A stretch of 63,917 bases of DNA, counting the filler, from Klebsormidium nitens (lineage: Eukaryota; Plantae; Klebsormidiophyceae), in NCBI GenBank assembly GCA_000708835.1. It is 6 parts of 6 records of this genome, joined end to end, with 100 filler letters (N's around TTAATTAATTAA, not from the genome) between each part and the next. Parts side by side here need not be neighbours in the genome. Positions count along the whole stretch, not along the records: positions 1 to 28,837 come from DF237793.1; 5 more parts are not named here. One strand, given 5' to 3'. Position 1 is the stretch's first letter; every line of letters starts with the position of its first letter. Under the pieces are notes generated by a model. It saw only the letters and a list, made by a program, of their open reading frames with translations, did no database searches and was not told the origin of the DNA. This document shows positions 14,401 to 25,798 of the stretch, piece by piece. The position numbers were made by a program, and so were the translations under genes.

Positions 14401-16364
14401 CTACCGCCAATTTCTGGCCGCTTCAATTGACAAGCTCAAGCAGGGCGGAGAGGTGAGTGAAGGGCCCCTGGGTTGTCTCGGACAATCCTTGTTTCAGCAG
14501 CAGTAAGCTCATAAACGCTAAACCCTAATTCTTGTAATCACCCACACCCATGTTCCGTACCCATGTCTACCATAAGCGCCAAAGCGACCGCACCTGCCCC
14601 AGACTGGCCGATTTTCTCTAGAACGCTTTCTTTAACACAATTGGGGACCTTTGTATCTACGGGTGACGGCTCTGCTGTTCATTGCCAATCAGCACACTGA
14701 AAGTCGCGGATCGCTAGCAGTCTCTTTGCTCTCAGCAGGCTGCTGTCAATGGAGCAACTTGTCCGTCGAACTATGAAGGGGGCCTTTATATGAGAAAGTA
14801 AACCAGGCAGAAACGTCTGGATTACCGGGGATCTCCTGCCGACCGGGTCTTTCACCTCAGTTCTAGAGATGTTAGGGTGCACGTTTCAGTCTCACGTCGC
14901 AATGCGCCATTGTGCCCCCCGCTTTCCGTTTGAGAAACTGCAGCCACTGGAAAACGCCAAGTCGTTTCGCTCGTTGCTGAACAGACATCTCCCTTCACCC
15001 AGCAAGGTCGTCGCTTTCTACGTGCAAACCTCGCTTGTTAAATTAACTCCCCACTTCGGCTATGCAGGACGCGTGGCGCGGGACGAAGCTCCTGGGCAGC
15101 GACGTGGCGGCGGCGCTGGGGCTGCTGCAGCGGGGGGCGCGCGGGCAGAGCCTATCCGCGCGCGAGCAGCGCTTTTTGAAACGGACGCTGACGGACGTGG
15201 CGTCCGTCATCCCGATCGGCATCGTCATGCTGCTGCCCATCACGGCGGTCGGGCACGCCTTCTTCCTGGCCATGCTCCAGAAGTACGCGCCAGGCCTGGT
15301 GAGGAACCGTCGCCATATCTCCGTCTGCCTTTTGGTTGAGCGGCCCCTTTTTCCGTCATGATGCGGAGACTCGGCAGGAAATGTAAATCGAGGCCCGCTT
15401 TTGTGTTGCGGTATCCTCGCTGGCATTGGCAGCATGCAGTAGTTGAGGGGGGTGAATATTTCCGGTTCGACCGCTGCCGCCTGCGTTTGGCTGTCTCCCG
15501 TGCTGTTTGATGATCTCTACATCTCGCTTTCTTCCCGCCTACGCTCTCGTCCCCGCCTCCTTCCTGTTTCTTCTGTCTTTTCTCTAGGTTAGATGTGAAG
15601 CCACATTTGATATGTGATGCTAGGTTCCTTCTCTGCTCTTTCCTGCCCTGTTGTTCCCGACTCAGGGACTGATCTGCAATCTCACTCGAAGGCGGTGCTA
15701 TACTGCGACCTTGATGCAAATGGGCTCGGATTGGGGACTCTTACGAATCGAAACATGCAATTTGCATTGTTGCTGCATTGGTACTGCACTGCGCCATGAC
15801 TTTGCCATTAGGTACCGCGTACGTCTATGCTTTGCAATCGTCAAGACCAGCATCGATGGCATCCCCATGTTTCCATCGCACCAATAAATTAAACGCATGC
15901 CATCATGCTTTAACGATTAACTTTGCTCAGAGCCTTCATTTTTGTTGTACTCCTAAAAGCACAGACGGCAATTTGCTGCAAAGTAAGCTCCTTTTTGTCA
16001 CCTGCAGATCCCTAGTACGTTTGCCTCGGAGCGGCTGGGCCTTCTGAAGCGGTTCGAGCAGGTCAAAACAATGGAAGCTCAACAGATGGACGTTCTAAGC
16101 GAGAGGGATCCGATCGAAGAGCAGAAACCGGGTGTCCGGGATCCGAACGGTCAAGCGGGCGTGTCCGACGATGGGGAAGAAGCAGTGGCGGGTGTGCGGC
16201 AATCATTAGCAGAAGGACTAGACAAGGGGACGGCTTCGAACGGGCAAATGAGTCTAGGCACTACGAAATGGTCTCGGCTTGGTACGGAGCCTCCAGGCAC
16301 AGCTCTCGGAGAGGAGCTTGAGGGGAGACATAAGGAGGAGAGTGGCGGCATCGGCCGAAAATGA
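8438..16364 (+). CDS. LETM1-like chloroplast protein (At3g11560/At5g06220 family). Exons: 8438-8977, 9395-9674, 10077-10240, 10630-10836, 11090-11401, 11930-12667, 12983-13122, 13598-13883, 14297-14452, 15068-15298, 16008-16364
   Basis: Recalled family motifs WLGIDKNAWMRSVGYQA, GLRREFL, DLAIFGFFVALGRST, QLFVEVVCEEMQWLPFYP and the C-terminal LETM1-like RTLTDVASVIPIGIVMLLPITAVGHA...IPSTFASERLGLL. Junctions are phase-compatible. An acceptor at 8429-8430 suggests a 5' UTR intron. Confidence 0.88.
10392..10458 (+). repeat. Intronic direct repeat of 29 bp, period 38 bp
   Basis: GATTGAAAGGGTTGGCAAGCAGTCTCCGT occurs at 10392 and at 10430. Confidence 0.9.
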
Positions 16365-17347
16365 GCGAAAGGTGATGGTACCTGAGTTAGCCATGTAAAA
16401 ATTTTGTTTAGTAAAGTTGTCTACAATCCAAGGGACTAGTAGATGTCGCATATTTCTTAGCTTCTCGTCGCTGACTTTAGAGAAGCGCGAGAGGGATGTG
16501 CTGTAGAGATGGATCAGCTCATCAAGTGATTCACTCCGTCTCGCATATATGTTGTGATTCTACCCAGGAGAACCCCGTGATGAGATTGTATACTCAATCG
16601 GAGCCAGTAGGAGTAACGTCAACATGGATCGAGCAGTCCATTGAGTTTTTCTTCAGAATTCCAGTGCTTTCAAAGAAAGATGCTAGGGCCCCGATCAAGC
16701 CATGGAGCTTGAGTCGATCTTGAACATATATGGCAATCCGCGGTTGAAAACAGATCGGACGCAGATGTTGCTAGCTGATCCTTGTCTGACTTAAGCACTA
16801 CGTAAAGCAGTGACCGGCGTGTACATAGTACCGTACACGCCCACGATCGCTGCACCATGTTATCCGGCCCAAGCATTACATAGTATTGCGCACGAATTTG
16901 CCGATACGTGTTCCGAGGTATTCAAGGCCAAACATTCACAGAGGCTCGATCTAGATCAGCATGTATTCAAAGTCAGTGAAGACGTAGGCACTGGTACTGG
17001 CGGACTACACTTCGACGAAGCGTTGCATGGACAACTAAGCGATGCAAGCTATGTCAACACATCCTCCCTGATTCTTGCTATGAATTTATTGGGCCGTGCA
17101 AGTGACCATTCGTATCCGTGTTGCACATGGCTTGGTCAGGTTGCAACCAACATACAGGCGCGTCACATTCAGTTCAGGACGTTGTTACTGATGATAAAGA
17201 TACAGATGACCGCATGGTTGCAGGATAGCTAGGTGACTTCACTGTAGTGACCTTACTTGCAGTTTCTTCCAGCCTTCCTTTCTGAGCATCCAAAATGGTT
17301 ATGTTAACAATTGGGAAGCCTCCTCGCAGGCCCCCAAAGAATCGTTT

Positions 17348-20300
17348 TCAGGATGGCTGAGCATTGAATTCCCTGCCCTCATCACTTTCTACGGCATGCA
17401 ACGCTAGCTTCTGCAGGGCAGCCTCTACCTCCGTCCAGTCTCTCACCCTTTGAATGAGAGGGTGTACCGGTCCTGCGTAAATAATCGGCAAACGTTACGG
17501 CTGCATCCATGGAGACCATCAAGGGAACGACCTAATGTCCACATTGAACGTCAAGCCAACGCTACTGCTTTCCCTCAGTCACGAACGGCAGAGTTGGACA
17601 CGTCCTCGATTCACAAAGAAAGGAGGCAGAGTTTGGAGGTCGAGGAGCAGGCAAAGTAGGTGATGGTTCAGATGTCTACCAACAGCACTCCGTCATGTAC
17701 AGAAGAAACGAACGTGGCCTCGTTAACGGTGAATTCGACTTTCTCAAAAAAAGAACCACGTTGAGTTCCGAGAAGTCGAACAGGTACGCCCAAGCTCAAC
17801 ATGCATGGAAAGTCAACAATCTTCGGTCTGAACGCAGAAGAGCAGTTGAGAGGAGCCACCAGGCTGTATTGCACGCACCGTCGCTGGTCTTGCTCCAGGG
17901 GTACGCGTAATTCCAATCAAAGAGCAGCACGTGGATGCCGGCCTCGGCGCACTCGACCGCATACCGCGGGTTGTCGTCGATGAGCACCCTCGCTCCAATC
18001 GATTTGCAGATTTCGGACTTGGCCCGAGCGACCCCCTCAAGCGCGAAGTGGTTCCCGAAATGAATCTCCTCAAACAACTCTGCAAACATAGACGCTTTCT
18101 GGTTTGTCTAGATACCAGCGGTATGGAGATTGTTGTTCCTTGAATAATTCAGCCCCTCGGCAGATAGAGACGTCGCTCTGGACGTTTTTCATTGCCAGGT
18201 GTTCGCTGAGTGCTCATCGTTTCCTCGAACACAGCGCCTGTCGCTGGGAAAGCGAGATGTCCGTCGAGTGTTATAGTTCCAGGAACAGCCTGCAAGCTGA
18301 GCGTCTGCTTTGTTTTTTCCAAGAGACGAAAGTCTTCCAACATAAGAGCTGCTTTCCATGAGCAGCGAGGATGACCGTAAGATCAAAGGCGTTGTCTACC
18401 CGGCCTGCAGGGTGTGCCTCCACCAAGATCAGGCACGCTAGAGAACTCGTCATGACGCCCCTCTTCTCGTCACCTACTTAATTTGGCGTTTTGTGAGTCT
18501 GTGGCAGAAGTCGTAACGGCTCTGCATAAGTACGCCCTTACAAAATTGAAGCTGCCAACCCCTGGTAAAGATATACGGACCGGAGACGGGTGAGGACCGA
18601 TACAACTAAGGGACAACGCGTGTGGTTGACTTACCTGGGTAGTGGGCATCTATCCACCTTCTAGAGGGCTCCTGTATGCAGTGCTGTCTCGACCTGCAAA
18701 CAAGGAAGGGCAGGGGTTTCGTGTAAGGCAGGAAGTGAGACCAACACCTTCTCAAGCCAATGAATTCTAGTTGCTTTGCTGACCATTTCAGGAGCGCATC
18801 AGGACACATCAGGACACACTCTGACTCCCACGAGCAAACAATCCAACCTTCGGAAGTTGTCTGACGCGTGTGTGACATCAAAGGCACTGCTGTAAGTGGT
18901 TGAAAACTTACGTAACAACTACAAGGGAGCAGAATATGGACAGTCGTTGGAGCGCTTCATATGCGCCCGGAATGGGGGGGATGCCGCTGGTGAAGTGGCG
19001 CGACTGGAAGAAGTCGTGCACCTTTTGATTCGCTGCATAGTAGCATCAGAAGGATCTTGAGTGACTCCCACCTGAGGACTCCTGGACTGCCATATGCCCC
19101 AGTCTCCACACAGATTCTGGTTGCCAAGAATGGCACACATATGCTTGCACACCCAAAAAGACTTCCTTTCAACTTAACCTTTGCTTAAGATGGAGCAAAT
19201 TGTATCGAGAGAAAGCGTTTTGAGCCAACCAAACAACAACCACTCCTCAAAGAGGACGACAGGTTCTTGTTAACCCTGGGCAGACAGGCAGTTTGCAAAC
19301 AAACCTTGAACTTGACGGTCGTCAAACATACAACTTACCTTCTTCCTGGGAGCAGTTCCATATCTGGAGCAGCGAATGAAGCAGGATTAGTGCACAAACG
19401 GTTGATCAAAGCAGGGGCGAACTGTTCCAACTTCTTGTCCTGCGATCAGAGCCAATACAGCTTACTCTCAATCTCAAATGCAAAAGCCTTGATTTCACAG
19501 TGCGCGGGAGTTGGGCGCAATTCCTGTAGAAAGTGATTGATGGGATATAACATGCTCACCTTTCTAAAATCATACACGTGGTACTGAGATACATCGTAGT
19601 GCATCGCGTATGCCTCTGCGCAGTAGATGTTCAGAGTGGCCAGGAAACTGCACAAGACTGCACATAGACCAAAAGAGGGGCAGCCAACTCAGATTCGGAT
19701 TTTTTTTCAATACCACTAGAGGTTGACGATGTCAACAACTTCAAAAGATTTGAGTAGGACTGTCATCAAGCTGAAGCGATATCCCAAGCTGCGGAGCAAG
19801 CCATGAATCCTCTCATGCACCTCTGGGAATCTAAGGGCACCATGTTTCTTTGAAAAGGTCAAGAAGAACGGTGCCCCCTTGTGCCCACGTGTTGAAACAG
19901 CCGCTCGGAGTCTTGATGCCTTTGAAAAGTTCCGTACAGAAAAGATTTGAAAACTAATGTGAGCTGCCATCCACAAGACGTCACTGAGCTTTGATGGAGG
20001 ACTCAATTGGCTCACCTTCATCCACGTCAACAGCAACTTTCAGCGGGCCGCCTCTGCTTGCACTCCGCCCCAGCGGGATTGCATGATCATGGCCGTTGAT
20101 CAGGTCCTGAACCAGATGCTCCCTAGCTGCCGCCCCGTTCGTCTGCGCCCGGTTGCCTGCTCGATTAGTTGCCCGGACCTGCGCTTTCACAGCCCCAGAC
20201 GTCCGGTGCCCCAAAGCTTCATCAGTCTTCTCTTGGTCTGCATGGGAGCTTTCGGGAGTCGTCGCGTGCTCGTCCTCTGAAGTGAGCAGCTGGGCGGCCA

Positions 20301-20685
20301 TGCTTGCTGCTGCCGCCGTAGCGATTGGCTCCCAGTCCGTCACCGCCTCAAACGTGCTTTCTTCGGCGCGTATCCTGAAATCCAAAGTGCTGCCCCGGCC
20401 CGCAACGCTGGCTTTGCTGCCCCTTCCATACACTCCCGACTTGACCCAACGTCTAGATCTTTCTAGACTGGAGGCCACAGTAGAGCGAACCCTGCCACTG
20501 AATGTGGGAAGACAGTCCAACTCTGCAACGCAAGCTTGCTGCTGACATGTAGTCGCTCTCTCCACCGTGCATCGAGGACCCAAGAAGCCCCAGGAGGAGA
20601 CATTTTGGGCGCAGTTTCTTGCCCCGCTGTCTGCGAGAAGGCACGCTTGGCCAAGTTTCAATGCCGGCAGCTGCACCAAAGCCAT
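17348..20685 (-). CDS. HAD-superfamily 5'(3')-deoxyribonucleotidase (NT5C-type, At4g33140-like) with a long N-terminal extension. Exons: 20685-20016, 19657-19560, 19363-19339, ~19033-18911, 18693-18635, 18079-17879, 17472-17348
   Basis: HAD motif I VAVDVDEVL, then IWNCSQEEA, GIPPIPGAYEAL, VVVTSRQH, IHFGNHFAL, VLIDDNPRYA, LLFDWNYAYPWSK and HPLIQRVRDWTEVE. Junctions are in phase. Confidence 0.9.
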
Positions 20686-21507
20686 GATTCGCTCCGCTGT
20701 TTTTCTTTGTCAAATGCGAAAGCTAAAATGGATGGCTGCAACAACCCAATCACCTTCACTGAAACACAGCTTTCCTGGCCCCTGCGTTAGGTCAGCAGCC
20801 TATGGACTGTAGACCCACAGAGTTGACCGGATCTGCGACCATTGATGCTTTAATTGCCTGAACCCTAATGCTTGTTTTGGCAGCCTGAGATCCGTCCAAT
20901 CGATCGCACTTGCTTGGTGATAAATAGGTATAAGTACTCTTTTCACCCCAACATGACCACAACAATCATGCGCGCCGCCGTCAGGAAGAAGACAGTTCGT
21001 CCAGCCGGATCAGGCAAGAGCTTGTCTTCGACCCTCAATCTACCTTGACAATCAGATACTTTTCGTCAGGAGTAGGCTTTCAACTTCGAAGTGCCCCTGA
21101 GACTACCGCAAAACGGTCCTGCACACAACACGCTCCACCACTTTCTTCTGCTCATGAACTTCGCACGATATCTATCGTCTCTCACGTCCTGTTTTCACCG
21201 ACCTGCAGGCTGCAGTGGCAGCTTTGACTCTGAGGGCATCATGTTTCAAGAGCTTGAAATGGTGACGCACCGACTTGGCGCCAAATTCCACTCGCTCGAT
21301 ACCGTTCGACGTCGAAAGGCTGCTCCTCTTCATTATTTATATACTCTCAGCCTGCTACTGTGTTCGAATCCTTGCTACATCGAACCTACCCGCTTTCGCC
21401 AAGCTTGTCCGAGCTGGAGTGCGTCAAAGGGCCTGCCAACGACCGCCATCGTCCTTTTCCAATTTCCAAACAGCTAAGGTCGAGCGCCCTAAACAAGCGA
21501 AAGTAAG

Positions 21508-21682
21508 GTGAGCCCATGAGCCATGGTGTATCAGACCTGTTCAGTCTCCTGGTGTCTTGATTCCAGCTGAATAAATTTGACCTGCCCCGAAGCTGGCGCT
21601 TGTCGTTTGCTCGGCGGATCAAGGCATCATCCATCAACCAGAACTTCGTGGAAATTCACTCCCTTTGACGTGCTTTGTGCAG
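21508..21682 (+). other. Probable 5' UTR intron of eIF4A
   Basis: Donor AAG|GTGAGC at 21508 and acceptor TTTGTGCAG ending at 21682, 6 nt before the ATG. Confidence 0.6.
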
Positions 21683-21688
21683 CAAAGT

Positions 21689-24600
21689 ATGGCCGGTTCA
21701 GCCCCGGAAGGTGCCCAGTTTGATGCCAAACAGTACGACGAGAAGCTCCAGCAAGTGTGAGCTTGATAACCTTTGCCGCGCACCTGAGAAGGCCTTCGCT
21801 TTCCCCACCCAACTGGTAAAGGTTGCTCTGCCTGCATGAGTCAGGCTACCATTTGCTCTCTCGCCCTAATACTGTCTTCCTCTTTACCGGTTTAGATTGG
21901 TGGGTGAATCATCTCGGTGCCATCCTGTTGTGTCCTTTATGGTGCGCTCGCAGTTCTGGTTAGGCGTTTCTGAGTATGTCCTCTTGTGAACAGTCTGAAC
22001 GAGGAGGGAGACGGTGAGCTCTTCTCAACATGGGACGAGGTGGCGGAATCCTTCGATGCCATGGGCCTGCATGAGAACCTGCTCCGTGGTATCTATGCGT
22101 ACGGTGAGTGCCCAAGAGCCCGGTGGTAAAGCATTTCATACCCAGAGAGCCCAGACAGATTGTGGATTTACAGCACTTGAAAAGGTACTTACATACTCCA
22201 ATTCTGCAGATGCTGGCCTGGTATGTGGGCACTCCTTCCAGTTCCAGTTTTGGGAACGGTTTGTGGGTTATACCAGTTTCTCTACCTCCTGACGAACTGT
22301 CTGCAGGCCGTAATTAGTTTCTACTGAATCCATCTGCGTGCAGTGTTTCATTCTACTTTGTCCGTGCAGGTTTTGAGAAGCCCTCTGCCATCCAGCAGCG
22401 CGGGATTGTGCCCTTCACCAAGGGCCTCGATGTGATCCAGCAGGCCCAGTCTGGGACTGGCAAGACCGCCACCTTCTGCTCCGGCATCCTCCAACAGATT
22501 GACTATGGCCTCCAGGAGACCCAGGCCCTGGTCCTCGCTCCTACCCGCGAGCTGGCACAGCAGATCGAGAAGGTGGGGCAGCGGGCCTACTTGACACTGT
22601 TTCATTTTGTATGGGGGTGGGCACACATAGTGATAGAGATCTGTCTTCCCTAGGTTTCAAAAGTGTGTTGTCTTCGGGGTAGAGATTCAGTTGGTGCTTG
22701 TTCGAAATTACTTATGGCGCCGGCTACACTCGCAGTCAGATGGTGATTGCGTTTCGATCGCGAGCAATTCTAGAATCAGCAGCTGGCAATTCTTGAGTTG
22801 TTGTTCTCTTTGGGGCGGTAACGGTCCCCAAGTGTTGCTGCCAGTATCTGAGTCCTTTCAGAAGGAAGAGAGAAAAGGTGGGCGGTCATAGTGTCTGCAA
22901 TCGATGGAGCATGGGAGTTTGAGTCATGAGAACCCTAACCCTTCTACTACAGCAGAAGGCTTGAACATATGGCTGGAACTAGAGTGGAACGGCTGCGGAG
23001 AGCCCTTGTTGGTAATGGTCATGCGCCACGGTGGCTCACTAGGTGCGCCTATTGATGTAGGTCATGCGCGCCCTCGGGGACTACCTTGCGGTGAAGGTGC
23101 ACGCCTGCGTGGGCGGTACCAGCGTGCGCGAGGACCAGAAGATCCTCCAGACCGGTGTCCATGTGGTGGTCGGGACGCCCGGGCGTGTGTACGACATGCT
23201 GCGTCGCCATGCGCTCAGGCCCGACAACATCAAGATGTTCGTGCTCGACGAGGCCGATGAGATGCTCTCCAGGGGTTTCAAGGACCAGGTGCGGTGATGG
23301 GCAGCAGTTGTTAGGATCTGGCGGGGCGGGTGTTGCTCGATCAGTTTTGTGGGGGATTCCAGGTTTTTGATTAACTCTATGGAGCACCACAGTGACTGGA
23401 CAGGATCAAAGGTCAAAGTCCTTGTGGGACAGGATAGATGGGCACTTTGGACTGACCAGATGAGCAGTCACGAAGGAGACGGGTGCTGTTTCTTGGGCCC
23501 TGTGTTTTTGAGGGGCAACTATCAGAACGCCCAGTGGGGCAACTCTGGGGCAGTGGGGCAAAGAGCTATCTTCTTAGAACACCGGTTTGGTAGGCCTTCT
23601 CTTAACTGCTCAAGTGTGCCCTTGCTGTAGCTGCAGAATTCTCTGACAGTGAGCCACCCTATGCTAATCCTTAATAATTCTGGGAGCTGTGCTACTCGTT
23701 GCAGCTGGTGTAATTATCACGACCCTCGGAAAATCCTGGAACTGCCGCCTTTCCTTGATGGATTTCTGATGTTGCTCCGATCTTGCTGGGGAGATTGCTG
23801 CACTGGTTGGAATGCCCCCAGTTCGTCAATTAAGTTTGCCCTAGCGAAGGCGCTCTAGAGCATTTCCCACTTGAAGCACAAAAGAGATTGTTTCAAGTAG
23901 GCCCCCTCCTTTCAACGTAGTGTCTTCGACTTGTTTCTTACTCTTGAACTATGCTCACCTGCTCGGTTTGTTCTCGCTATCTGCTAAGATACATCTAGCG
24001 ACCCTTCTCCCTGCTTGCTATCAAGCCTGTCACGCCGCTATCCATCTCCATCTATCTTACCGACCTTCTCTTGCCTGCGCAGATTTACGACATCTTCCAG
24101 CTGCTGCCCCCCAAGCTCCAGGTCGGCGTCTTCTCCGCCACCATGCCCCCGGAGGCGCTCGAGATCACGAGGAAGTTCATGAACAAGCCGGTGCGCATCC
24201 TCGTGAAGCGTGACGAGCTGACCCTGGAGGGTATCAAGCAGTTCTACGTCAACGTGGACAGGGAGGAGTGGAAGCTGGACACGCTCTGCGATCTGTACGA
24301 GACGCTCGCCATCACGCAGAGCGTCATCTTCGCCAACACCAGGCGCAAGGTAAGGCTTGCTCGCCAGCTGGGAAGCGTGGTTGGTAGGTGCCGGTGCTCC
24401 GGCCTGCCATACAAGCTGTTGACTCCTGTTTGAACTCATCGTCCTGAATGATGTGTACGGGCCAGGACGAACCTCGTTAGATACAAGCTGTTAACTCCTG
24501 TTTGAACTCATCGTCCTGAACGATGTGTACGGGCCAGGACGAAGCTCGTTGAAAGTGGATGGCATTGTAAAGGTCTTATGATATTGGAGGCGGTGTGCTG

Positions 24601-25798
24601 TTCAGTATGATAAAGAAGAGCAAGTCTGTCTTTGATAGAACGGGGGTTCATAAGGACGATAGGCTGTCTGACTCGCGGAAAAGATTTGAGCAGCTCGACG
24701 GATGGTCGGCAAAACGCTGGGCCTGCGTCCTATTCGTGCCTTGTCTGGGGTGGGATTTGGGATCAGATATTCAAGTGAGGCAAAGGCAGTCGAGGTCGTT
24801 GATGTCCAGCTTTGGTGGTTCGTCAAGATCGCTTGCCCTTCTAGGAGGAATATTACACTTCGTGGGATATCAACGACCAGTCTGGACGTGCCAATTCTCT
24901 TTTTAGGCATGGTGTTGTTCTTCAGGCATTCTCTACTCTACCCAGCTCGCATCAACGTTGACAAACGTAATCTCTTTGATCATTGCAGGTCGATTGGCTC
25001 ACCGACCAGATGCGCGCCAAGGACCACACTGTGTCCGCCACTCACGGAGACATGGACCAGAACACCCGTGACATCATCATGCGCGAGTTCCGCTCTGGGT
25101 CCTCCCGTGTGCTCATCACCACTGACCTGCTTGCTCGTGGAATTGACGTGCAGCAGGTGAGCGCCTCCACTCTTCGGCTGATGTCAGAGAGCTTTTGTTA
25201 TGGAGTTTGGTGTGGGATGCCTATGAATGAGATTGCTTTCGACTAAAGGCTTTGTTGCCGCCAGCGAAGCTCGACGGAATTTCCCGGTTTGGTGTTTTTT
25301 GTCTTTCCAGTGTATATGTGCCGGCAGTTCAGTTTGTTATTTGGTACGCGCATTTTAGCATCCACATGAGGGCAGACGACTCCCGCAGCGGTCGTTCGCC
25401 ACGTGTTTGATGCAGGTGAGAACCTTCTTGTTATCTCCCAATGCGAGTTGCGTCTTCAAAGGCTGACACTCGAACTCCCGCCACAAAGTGGCACCAAGTT
25501 TATTCGTGGCCCGCAGATTAGAAGGGGGGGCATTTTGGCATGTGTTTTGCATGCTGCATCCAACGCGCTCCGGTTCTGACACCGCTCCCTGTGCCAGGTG
25601 TCTCTGGTCATCAACTATGACCTGCCCACCCAGCCCGAGAACTACCTGCACAGGATTGGCCGCTCTGGGCGGTTCGGGAGGAAGGGTGTTGCCATCAACT
25701 TCGTCACCAAGGACGACGAGCGCATGCTGCAGGACATCCAGCGCTTCTACAACACCGTTGTTGAGGAGCTGCCCAGCAACGTCGCAGACTTGATCTAA
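21689..25798 (+). CDS. eIF4A: Eukaryotic translation initiation factor 4A (DEAD-box helicase). Exons: 21689-21756, 21994-22103, 22370-22572, 23061-23288, 24083-24349, 24989-25156, 25598-25798
   Basis: Q motif [36 protein letters not shown] and [14 protein letters not shown]-terminus [17 protein letters not shown] and C-terminus [11 protein letters not shown] are typical of plant eIF4A. Confidence 0.98.
24409..24550 (+). repeat. Tandem duplication of a 72-bp unit in an eIF4A intron; each unit has an 8-bp stem hairpin
   Basis: ATACAAGCTGTT(G/A)ACTCCTGTTTGAACTCATCGTCCTGAA(T/C)GATGTGTACGGGCCAGGACGAA(C/G)CTCGTT occurs at 24409 and at 24481. TCGTCCTG pairs with CAGGACGA. Confidence 0.92.

Noticed and set aside
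14520-14528. Telo-box AAACCCTAA, plus near matches at about 20860 and 22930
   Set aside because: The only perfect copy is deep in an intron, and single 9-mers are expected by chance.
24409-24550. CRISPR-like array interpretation of the tandem units (also 10392-10458 and 43002-43310)
   Set aside because: Only two or three copies, no unique spacers, no cas genes, and a eukaryotic intron context.
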